This document shows positions 17,309-23,675 of a DNA stretch of 39,674 nucleotides, piece after piece. Origin of the DNA: a virus; IMG/VR virus record IMGVR_UViG_3300024991_000028. One strand, written 5' to 3'. Under the pieces are notes generated by a model, which saw only the letters and a list, made by a program, of their open reading frames with translations, had not been told where the DNA came from and searched no databases. The position numbers were made by a program, and so were the translations under genes. The first letter of the stretch is position 1. The number at the start of each line of letters is the position of its first letter.

Positions 17309-17649
17309 CCGCGCCGCTGCTGCCCGGGGAGCGGGTCATCGTCGTCGAGATCGGCGACCCGGGCCCGCAGGTCGTGCAAGTCGGCGACGACTCCGCCGCC
17401 GTGCCGGTGTTCGTGCCCGGCACGGGCTCGGGCGGCAGTGGCGGGGGCGCGCACGCCGCGCAGGTCGACGTCCCCGCCCCGACGCTGCTCGTGCAGGCGC
17501 AGCACAACCTGCCGTGGCGCCCGGCCGGTGTCCTCTGCATCGACACGCTCGACCAGATCGTCGAGCCCGCGTTCATCTCCTGGCCCGACGCCGGGATCAC
17601 CGAGATCACTTTCGGGGTGCCGTTCACCGGCACCGTCTACCTGAGCTGA
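17305..17649 (+). CDS. Hypothetical protein, probable tail-fibre-associated
   Basis: GTGA overlap, 114 aa, GC3-rich. Confidence 0.55.
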   Translation: MTAPLLPGERVIVVEIGDPGPQVVQVGDDSAAVPVFVPGTGSGGSGGGAHAAQVDVPAPTLLVQAQHNLPWRPAGVLCIDTLDQIVEPAFISWPDAGITEITFGVPFTGTVYLS

Positions 17650-17660
17650 GGAGCCCTCCC

Positions 17661-18764
17661 GTGGCACGCCGCTTCGCAACGTCGATCGACCTGACCGGGT
17701 TCTCCCTGCTCGGCGCCCTGCTCAACCCGGTGTCGTCCGACCCGGCCGGGCTGGGCACCCAGGACGCCGGCCGCGTCTGGTTCAACACCACGACCAACAA
17801 GCTGATGGTCTGGAACGGCACGGCGGCCATCGACTTCCTCGCCCGCGCCAACCACACCGGCACCCAGCTCGCCAGCACCATCAGCGACCTCGCCGCGACG
17901 GTGAAGGCCTACCGGCTCGACGAGTTCGCCGTGCCCACCGTCGACGTCTCGCTCGGCGGCAAGAAGATCACCAACCAGGCCGACCCGACCGGCCCGCAGG
18001 ACTCGGCGACGAAGAACTACGTCGACACCCAGCTCTCCGGGCTGTCCTCCGGCCTGGTCATCAAGGGCTCTGTCCGCGTCGCGACCTCGACCAACGTCAG
18101 CACGAGCGCGCCCGGCGCATCCATCGACGGCATCACGATGGTCGCCGGCGACACCATCCTGCTGATGGGGCAGACCACCGCCTCGCAGAACGGCCCGTGG
18201 GTGTGGAACGGCGCCGCCGCCGCGCTCACCCGCCCGTCGAACTGGGCCAACGGAGCCACCGCCACCCCGGGCGCATTCTGGGACGTCCGCGAGGGCACCA
18301 ACGCCGACCTGTTCGCGTTGTTCACCACCGACACCGCGGTCACGATCGGCACCACCAGCGCCACGTTCATCATCCGCGGCAACACCGGCTCGTCCTACAC
18401 CGCCGGTAACGGCATCACATTGCCCGGCAACGCGATCACCGTGAACCCGGCCTCGGGCGGCGGTATCGCCGTCGCGGCGGGCGGGGTGTCGGTCGACGGG
18501 ACCGTCGCGCGCGTCGCGGGTGGCACCGTCCCGACGACCACCGGCGGCATCTTCTCGATCTCCGGGGCGAACGTCACCGTCAACCACGCCCTCAACGACC
18601 GCGGTGTCCAGGTCGTCGTCCGCGCGGGCACCAGCCCCGCGTCCGGCTACACCACCGGGCAGCTCGTCGAGTGCGACTCGGTGTGCTCCGACGCGAACAA
18701 CGTCGTCGTCACGCTCCCGGTCGCGCCCGCCGCGAACGCCTGGGAGCTGCGGGTCATCGGCTGA
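17661..18764 (+). CDS. Tail fibre protein
   Basis: GTG 17661 is internal to ORF 17514..18764. Contains ..PQDSATKNYVDTQL.. (the xATKxYVD fibre motif) and long Gly/Thr/Ala/Val beta-rich stretches. 367 aa. Confidence 0.75.
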   Translation: MARRFATSIDLTGFSLLGALLNPVSSDPAGLGTQDAGRVWFNTTTNKLMVWNGTAAIDFLARANHTGTQLASTISDLAATVKAYRLDEFAVPTVDVSLGGKKITNQADPTGPQDSATKNYVDTQLSGLSSGLVIKGSVRVATSTNVSTSAPGASIDGITMVAGDTILLMGQTTASQNGPWVWNGAAAALTRPSNWANGATATPGAFWDVREGTNADLFALFTTDTAVTIGTTSATFIIRGNTGSSYTAGNGITLPGNAITVNPASGGGIAVAAGGVSVDGTVARVAGGTVPTTTGGIFSISGANVTVNHALNDRGVQVVVRAGTSPASGYTTGQLVECDSVCSDANNVVVTLPVAPAANAWELRVIG

Positions 18765-19459
18765 TGTCGCGCCGGTTCGCGCAGTCAATCCTGCTGCCCG
18801 CCGCGCCTACAGTCGCGCTGGAGGCAGCGACCAAGGGCTACGTCGACGCGGGCGACGCAGCGTCGCAGCCGCTCGATGTCGACCTCACAGCGATCGCAGC
18901 GCTGAGCCCGTCCGATGACTCCGTCATGCAGCGCAAGGCCGGGTCGTGGGCGGCCCGAACGATCGCGCAGCTCGTCACCGACCTCGTTGCGGCGTGGACC
19001 GGAGGGCTCGGCGTCATCGCCCGCGGCCGTCGCACGACGTCGAGCACCACCACGACCGCGACGAGCGCCGGCACCGCGCAGAAGGTGCTGGAGGCCAGCG
19101 CGACGCTCAAGACGGGGCGTCTGTACCGCATCACCGCCCCGAACGTCGGCTACCACCGCACCACGGCTGGCCGCGTCGGTTTGCAGCTCACCTACACGAC
19201 GAACAACACCACTCCGGGTGTGACGAGCACGCAGCTGAACTGGACCCAGGCCCAGACCTACGACGCCGGTGACCCGGTGTACGGGGCGACGCTGTCGGCG
19301 ACGTACACGCCGGCGTCGAACCAGACGCTGCGGGTGCTGCTGTCGGTGTGGTCGGTGACCACCGGGACGTCGGGAACGTACGCGGACGCGGGCTGGCCGA
19401 CCGAGATCGTGATCGAGGACCTGGGCGTCGACCCGGGGAACACGGGCACGTCGTTCTGA
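18764..19459 (+). CDS. Tail fibre / receptor-binding protein
   Basis: ATG overlaps the upstream TGA. N-terminus MSRRFAQSILL parallels VARRFATSIDL of the preceding gene. Has the ATKGYVD motif and a C-terminus paralogous to 14542..15108. Confidence 0.7.
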   Translation: MSRRFAQSILLPAAPTVALEAATKGYVDAGDAASQPLDVDLTAIAALSPSDDSVMQRKAGSWAARTIAQLVTDLVAAWTGGLGVIARGRRTTSSTTTTATSAGTAQKVLEASATLKTGRLYRITAPNVGYHRTTAGRVGLQLTYTTNNTTPGVTSTQLNWTQAQTYDAGDPVYGATLSATYTPASNQTLRVLLSVWSVTTGTSGTYADAGWPTEIVIEDLGVDPGNTGTSF

Positions 19460-19485
19460 CGCAAGGCGAGAGGTGAGGTTGGTGC

Positions 19486-19815
19486 GTGGACGGGCTGGGC
19501 GCGATCGGGACCGAGCTGATCTCCCGGTTCGGGGTGTACGCACTGCTGCTGATCGGGATGGCGCTGATCATCCGGGCGCTGCGCCGCGACGCGGAGAAGG
19601 TCGCCACGCGGATGGCGGAGCAGGACGAGGACCACGCCAGGGAGCGGGCGGCGTGGCGGGACGAACAGGTGTACCTGCAGGGCCAGATCCGGGACCTGCG
19701 GACCGACCTGGAGGACGAACGGATGGCGAGGCACGCCGCGGAGGACGCCGCGCGGGCGGCCGGGGCGCAGCTCTCGCCGCCCGTGTCACCGCGGCATCGA
19801 GCACCTGGCGCCTGA
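19486..19815 (+). CDS. Membrane-anchored coiled-coil protein
   Basis: GTG after GAGGTGAGG. TM segment GVYALLLIGMALIIRAL followed by a charged helix. GC3 falls in the last 10 codons or so. Confidence 0.58.
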   Translation: MDGLGAIGTELISRFGVYALLLIGMALIIRALRRDAEKVATRMAEQDEDHARERAAWRDEQVYLQGQIRDLRTDLEDERMARHAAEDAARAAGAQLSPPVSPRHRAPGA

Positions 19816-20558
19816 TCCGACGGCACGGCGGCTGGCCCGTCGCACTCGTCGCGCTGGGCGTGCTCGGCGGCGCGCTGCTGTCCGTCCACGACGTCGTGTC
19901 CAAGCAGGACGCGGTGCAGGAGAAGACCGTCGCCGTCGAGCAGCTCGGGCAGGTCGCCGACCCGCTCGCGCAGCTGTGTGCCGAGGACCCCGCGATCCGC
20001 GCCCGGGTCGGCGCTGCCTGCGGAGCGGCGCAGGCCGCGGTCGACTCCCCGACGGTGCAGGCCGCGAAGGATGGCAGCAACGGCACCAACGGGGCCGACG
20101 GGCGCGGGATCACCGGCACCACCATCGGCGCCGACGGACACCTCGTCGTCGCCTACTCCGACGGCACCACCCGCGACGTCGGGAAGGTCGTCGGTGACGA
20201 CGGCCGCGGCATCGCCACGACCACTCTCGACGGGGGCCGCCTGGTCCTCGTCTACTCCGACGGCACCCGCGTCGACCTCGGCGGCGTCGTCGGCCCCGCC
20301 GGACGGTCGATCGTCGCGGCGACGACGGACGGCGGGCGCCTAGTCCTCACCCTTGACGACGGGTCGACCCTTGACGCGGGCCCGCTCCCCGCGGGACCTC
20401 GCGGGCAGGACGGTCAGCAGGGCGGGCAGGGACCGGCCGGTCCGGCGTGCCCCGACGGGTTCCAGCCCGTCGAGACCGGCCCGGTGGTCGGCACGGACGG
20501 CATCGCGTACTCGCGGTCGATCACGTGCGTCGACCCGACGTCGGCGTCCGGCGGCTGA
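19812..20558 (+). CDS. Signal-anchored protein with three tandem beta repeats and a short collagen-like GXY run (start uncertain)
   Basis: This frame codes well from about 19785 but has no ATG/GTG that preserves the TM segment. CTG 19812 overlaps TGA 19813-19815 and gives (M)IRRHGGWPVALVALGVLGGALL. Confidence 0.5.
   Translation: MIRRHGGWPVALVALGVLGGALLSVHDVVSKQDAVQEKTVAVEQLGQVADPLAQLCAEDPAIRARVGAACGAAQAAVDSPTVQAAKDGSNGTNGADGRGITGTTIGADGHLVVAYSDGTTRDVGKVVGDDGRGIATTTLDGGRLVLVYSDGTRVDLGGVVGPAGRSIVAATTDGGRLVLTLDDGSTLDAGPLPAGPRGQDGQQGGQGPAGPACPDGFQPVETGPVVGTDGIAYSRSITCVDPTSASGG
20101..20400 (+). repeat. Three tandem coding repeats of about 99 nt
   Basis: GRGITGTTIGADGHLVVAYSDGTTRDVGKVVG / GRGIATTTLDGGRLVLVYSDGTRVDLGGVVG / GRSIVAATTDGGRLVLTLDDGSTLDAG, followed by GPRGQDGQQGGQGPAGPA. 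Confidence 0.6.
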
Positions 20559-20560
20559 CG

Positions 20561-20812
20561 ATGACCCGGCGGTCGCCGGCACGGCTCGCCGACCCGGCCG
20601 AGGCCGAGGAGGCCGCATGGCAGGCCGTGCTCGTCGCGCAGGAACGCCTGCACCGTGCGCTGGTCGAGCACCGGCGCGCCGCGGAGGAACTGTTCCGGGA
20701 GTCCGCCGCGCGCGCTGTCGAGGACGCCGAGCTCGTCAGGAACTTCCGGGCGCTGCTGCCCTACGCGACGCGGCGGACCCGTATCCCGCCGCCGCGCCGC
20801 CCGCAGGACTGA
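20561..20812 (+). CDS. Hypothetical helical protein
   Basis: Internal ATG of ORF 20447..20812, 2 nt after the upstream stop. 83 aa. Confidence 0.5.
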   Translation: MTRRSPARLADPAEAEEAAWQAVLVAQERLHRALVEHRRAAEELFRESAARAVEDAELVRNFRALLPYATRRTRIPPPRRPQD

Positions 20813-21175
20813 TCAGGCCTCCGGGTACATCGCGTTCTCGATGAGCGCCCGCATCTTCTCGAACTCCGGCTGTTGCTTCTTCGTGAAGATGACCGAGTTC
20901 TCGTCCGCGACGGCCGCGCGCGTCTGCCGGCCGTACGTCGCCCGGGACTCGTTCCCGCCCGGGATCGTGAACTGGATGAACCCGTTGGTCATCGCCCCGG
21001 CGGGCTTGATCTGCACGGCCGTGATGGCCTTGACCGGGATGCGCTTCGACCCGCTCGCGCTGGTGAACGCCGCGAGGCCCTTCTTCGCGATCTCGACGAA
21101 CCGGCCGTCGAAGATGACCTTCCCGCCGCGGTAGCCCTCGGCGGTCGCGGGGTTTTCAGGGGTGGGGCTGGTCAT
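20813..21175 (-). CDS. Bacterial PH-like (DUF4429-type) domain protein
   Basis: 120 aa. GKVIFDGRFVEI...KRIPVKAITAVQIKPAGAMTNGFIQFTIPGG matches the remembered pattern of bacterial PH-like domains. High GC3 on the minus strand. Confidence 0.7.
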   Translation of the reverse strand: MTSPTPENPATAEGYRGGKVIFDGRFVEIAKKGLAAFTSASGSKRIPVKAITAVQIKPAGAMTNGFIQFTIPGGNESRATYGRQTRAAVADENSVIFTKKQQPEFEKMRALIENAMYPEA

Positions 21176-21184
21176 GGTCGACTC

Positions 21185-21736
21185 CTACAGCCCGACGGAC
21201 TTCGCGCCGTGGGCCGCCTGGTCCGATGTGAACCCATCGAACTTGAGCTGCTTGATCAGCCCGTCGCGAGAGAACGCAGTGAACGACATGTAGGAGGCGG
21301 CCTTCTTGTCTGCCTGCTCGTTCCAGTCCACGGTGATGTGGTCGACCGCGTACGTGGCGTCGGCCGTGCTGAACTGGTCGAACTGCAGCTGCTTGATCAG
21401 CCCGGTCCGGGAGAACCCGGAGAACGACAGATAGCTTTCCGCCTTGCGCACGGCGTTGGCCTGCGAGGTGGTCATGGCCGGAGTGGTCGGCGCCGGCGGG
21501 GCCTGGACGGCGGGCACGGTCGTCACAGCGGGAACCTGCGACGCCGCGGCGGTCGTGGGTGCCGCCGCCGTGTTCGACGGTGACTTGTCTCCACCACCGG
21601 ACGTGGCGACCGCGATGATGATGATCAGCACAACGGCGGCGGCCACGATCCACGGCCACTTCTTCCGCGACTTCTTCGGCGGCTCCTGCTGCTGGTACTG
21701 CTGGGTCGGATCGAACGGCGGCTGCGGGTAGGACAC
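21185..21736 (-). CDS. Membrane-anchored Ltp-repeat protein (superinfection-exclusion type)
   Basis: N-terminal TM segment WIVAAAVVLIIIIAVA. Two repeats, ANAVRKAESYLSFSGFSRTGLIKQLQFDQFSTADATYAV and ADKKAASYMSFTAFSRDGLIKQLKFDGFTSDQAAHGA. Confidence 0.78.
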   Translation of the reverse strand: MSYPQPPFDPTQQYQQQEPPKKSRKKWPWIVAAAVVLIIIIAVATSGGGDKSPSNTAAAPTTAAASQVPAVTTVPAVQAPPAPTTPAMTTSQANAVRKAESYLSFSGFSRTGLIKQLQFDQFSTADATYAVDHITVDWNEQADKKAASYMSFTAFSRDGLIKQLKFDGFTSDQAAHGAKSVGL

Positions 21737-21769
21737 GGGTAGCTCCTGGCTGGTGCGGTGGTGGCGGAG

Positions 21770-21793
21770 ACTCTTCGTTCGCTGGCGAAGAGT
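21770..21793. promoter_or_regulatory. 8-bp inverted repeat between the micro-ORFs and the Ltp-like gene
   Basis: ACTCTTCG (21770-21777), 8-nt loop, CGAAGAGT (21786-21793), next to a locally AT-richer patch. Confidence 0.35.
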
Positions 21794-21814
21794 TGTTACA
21801 TGGTGAGCACGGAG

Positions 21815-21991
21815 TTACGCCCCGCGCGGGTGCAGCGTCAGTTCTTCCCCCGGCCGGCCGAGAAGGACCACTCGACCGTGGAGGTGGCGGGCGAGGCGGA
21901 TGCCGTCAGTGAGGCACGCCAGCACGGCGAGGCTGTCGATGTGCACGACGACCTCGGCGGCTCGCTTGCAGGACGGGTCGAAGCACCTCAT
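21815..21991 (-). CDS. Hypothetical micro-protein (58 aa)
   Basis: ATG 21991 overlaps the TGA of the upstream minus-strand gene (ATGA). Minus-strand GC3 is about 88% by hand count. Confidence 0.5.
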   Translation of the reverse strand: MRCFDPSCKRAAEVVVHIDSLAVLACLTDGIRLARHLHGRVVLLGRPGEELTLHPRGA

Positions 21992-22212
21992 CCGGGGCCT
22001 CGCGCGGCTCCACGGGATCGGATCACGGCCCGGGCGTCCCCAGCCAGCTCCGCGATCTTGCACGGGAACGCAGCGTGCAGCGACGTCCCCGCGACCCGAC
22101 ACACTCGGCAACGGCCCGCGTTGTCGGGTCGATGCTCGGCGTTGAGTCGCTCGACGAGGCGCCCGTTCTGGGCGATCGTGTCGACGAGTTCCAGCCAGCT
22201 ACGGTCGGTCAT
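21988..22212 (-). CDS. Hypothetical Cys-containing micro-protein (74 aa)
   Basis: ATG 22212 follows AGGAGGGGA on the minus strand. Sequence MTDRSWLELVDTIAQNGRLVERLNAEHRPDNAGRCRVCRVAG..FPCKIAEL. High GC3. Confidence 0.55.
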   Translation of the reverse strand: MTDRSWLELVDTIAQNGRLVERLNAEHRPDNAGRCRVCRVAGTSLHAAFPCKIAELAGDARAVIRSRGAARGPG

Positions 22213-22238
22213 GGGTCCCCTCCTGGTGGGGATCAAGG

Positions 22239-22271
22239 CCCCCGGCGAGGTGTTGCAGCACCTGCCGGGGG
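22239..22271. promoter_or_regulatory. Strong GC hairpin upstream of the leftward cassette
   Basis: CCCCCGGC-g-AGGTG, loop ttgcag, CACCT-GCCGGGGG, 27 nt upstream of ATG 22212 on the minus strand. Confidence 0.4.
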
Positions 22272-22364
22272 CCGTCCAGCTACACCGGAGCCCGGCCGGG
22301 CCCCGTGCTCGTTCCGGCCTGCCGGCCGTTTGCACCCGGGACGAAAATCCGGGGAAGTCCGGTG

Positions 22365-22395
22365 AAATCGGCAAGAACCACGGTCAAATCGGCAA
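22365..22395. repeat. Two direct copies of AAATCGGCAA spaced 21 bp (candidate protein-binding sites)
   Basis: Copies at 22365-22374 and 22386-22395 in an AT-richer patch between divergent genes. Confidence 0.35.
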
Positions 22396-22417
22396 CGCCG
22401 CCGACACCGTCCCGTCC

Positions 22418-22627
22418 GTGCCGAAGCCGCCGCCCCGCTACCTCACGACGCCCGAAGCAGCCCGAGAGCTGAGCGTCAACGAACGCACCCTGCGGCACTG
22501 GGTCGCGACCGGGCAGATCGAGCCGGACTTCCGCACCGCCGGTGGGCACATGCGATGGGACGTCGAACGAGTCCGCGCCGAGCTCCGCGCCGGCCTGCGG
22601 GACCGCCGGGACGCGGACGAGGAGTAG
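22418..22627 (+). CDS. Excisionase-type HTH DNA-binding protein (candidate Xis/RDF)
   Basis: C-terminal part of ORF 21758..22627. LTTPEAARELSVNERTLRHWVATGQIEPDFRTAGGHMRWDVERV matches the excisionase/MerR-like HTH pattern. Convergent with int. Confidence 0.65.
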   Translation: MPKPPPRYLTTPEAARELSVNERTLRHWVATGQIEPDFRTAGGHMRWDVERVRAELRAGLRDRRDADEE

Positions 22628-22635
22628 CGACCCGC

Positions 22636-23532
22636 TCACGACGCACGCTCGCCCAGCAGTGGCCGCGGCAGTGCCGAGAGGGTCCGCGCCATATCTTGCG
22701 GCTGCACCTTCGTATAGATGTGCACGGTCGCGAGCGACGCATGGCCCAGGAGGTCCTGGACCAGCCGGAGATCGCCGGACTCGCGCAACGCCTCCGTGGC
22801 AACGCGATGCCGGAGTGAGTGGAGCCGGTCCGGGATCCCACGGATGACGCCGAAGTAGTACGCGACGGCGTCTGTTACGTGCTTGCCCTTCAACGGCTTT
22901 CCCGCGTCGGCTCGCCGGGGCCGGCCGAAGCATGGGCCGGGGGCGGTGGGCAGCAGTGGCTGGATCGCGACCCACACCCAGCCCGGCATCGGCACCTCCC
23001 TCTCGACCTCGCCCTTCCCGAGGAACCGGATGAACACACCCCCGTCCGGGTCTACGGAGACGTCCTCCGTGCGAAGGCGGGCGATCTCGTCGGCGCGGAG
23101 GCCGCACCAGCCCGCCAGCAGGAGCCACGGCCGGATCCGGTCGGGTGCCTCGACCACGGCCGCGAACAGCCGGTCCTCCGGGATCGGGCGGGGAAGCCGG
23201 CGCTTCCGCTTCGGCATCGGGAGTAGCGCCGCTGGGTTGTCGGTGCGGTACCCGCTGGCCTGCAACCAGCGGAAGTAGGGCCTGATGATGAGCGTCTGCC
23301 AGCGCAGGTAGCTGTGCGACGAGATCGTGGCTTGCCAGCGGCGGAGCTCGTACGGCGTGGCGGTGGCGGGGTCGTGGCCGACGGATTCGGCAAGCCAGGT
23401 GAGCACCATTCGCCTGGCGCGCAGGGTGTTCTCGGACATGCCACAGATGTGCATCCAGTCGAGGTGTTCCTCGAGGTGCCCGATCGGTTCCGTGATGTAC
23501 GGACCGGTCACCCGTGTCGTGCGCTTTGCCAT
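22636..23532 (-). CDS. int: Tyrosine integrase (short, XerC/D-like, about 298 aa)
   Basis: HSLRHRVATEALRESGDLRLVQDLLGHASLATVHIYTKV gives the R..H-x-x-R..H..Y catalytic pattern. Start ATG 23532 follows GAGGGGAA. Confidence 0.9.
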   Translation of the reverse strand: MAKRTTRVTGPYITEPIGHLEEHLDWMHICGMSENTLRARRMVLTWLAESVGHDPATATPYELRRWQATISSHSYLRWQTLIIRPYFRWLQASGYRTDNPAALLPMPKRKRRLPRPIPEDRLFAAVVEAPDRIRPWLLLAGWCGLRADEIARLRTEDVSVDPDGGVFIRFLGKGEVEREVPMPGWVWVAIQPLLPTAPGPCFGRPRRADAGKPLKGKHVTDAVAYYFGVIRGIPDRLHSLRHRVATEALRESGDLRLVQDLLGHASLATVHIYTKVQPQDMARTLSALPRPLLGERAS

Positions 23533-23541
23533 AGCCGTTCC

Positions 23542-23575
23542 CCTCGCATCGTCGAGCCTTACGACGTCTGCGAGG
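23542..23575 (-). promoter_or_regulatory. Hairpin overlapping the int ribosome-binding site
   Basis: CCTCGCA-t-CGTCG, loop agcctta, CGACG-tc-TGCGAGG. On the minus strand the 3' arm TGCGAGG runs into the GAGGGGAA Shine-Dalgarno sequence. Confidence 0.42.
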
Positions 23576-23675
23576 TGGGGAGCGACGCGGGTCGAGGCGT
23601 CGATACTTTCAAGCGCGAGGGTGTTGGGACATCCGCCGTCGGGTGGTTGAGGATCTTGACGCGAGTACGCTGCGT

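Noticed and set aside
14542-19459. Paralogous fibre C-termini checked as a diversity-generating retroelement (template/variable repeat pair)
   Set aside because: No reverse transcriptase gene exists in the genome. The shared identical DNA is only 19 nt. Differences are not adenine-specific as far as I can see.
19473-19811. N-terminal 113 codons of ORF 19473..20558 as annotated by the track
   Set aside because: That part translates to Arg/Gly/Asp/Ala junk and overlaps the better-coding frame of 19486..19815. Only the portion from about 19785-19812 onward is treated as coding.
21758-22627. 289-aa + strand ORF spanning the whole gap between the Ltp-like gene and int
   Set aside because: Only the last 69 codons or so (from GTG 22418) look like a real protein, the excisionase-type HTH. 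The upstream part is antisense to two minus-strand micro-ORFs that have higher GC3, an AGGAGGGG RBS and an ATGA coupling, and it runs through hairpins and repeats. Residual uncertainty is noted in the findings.
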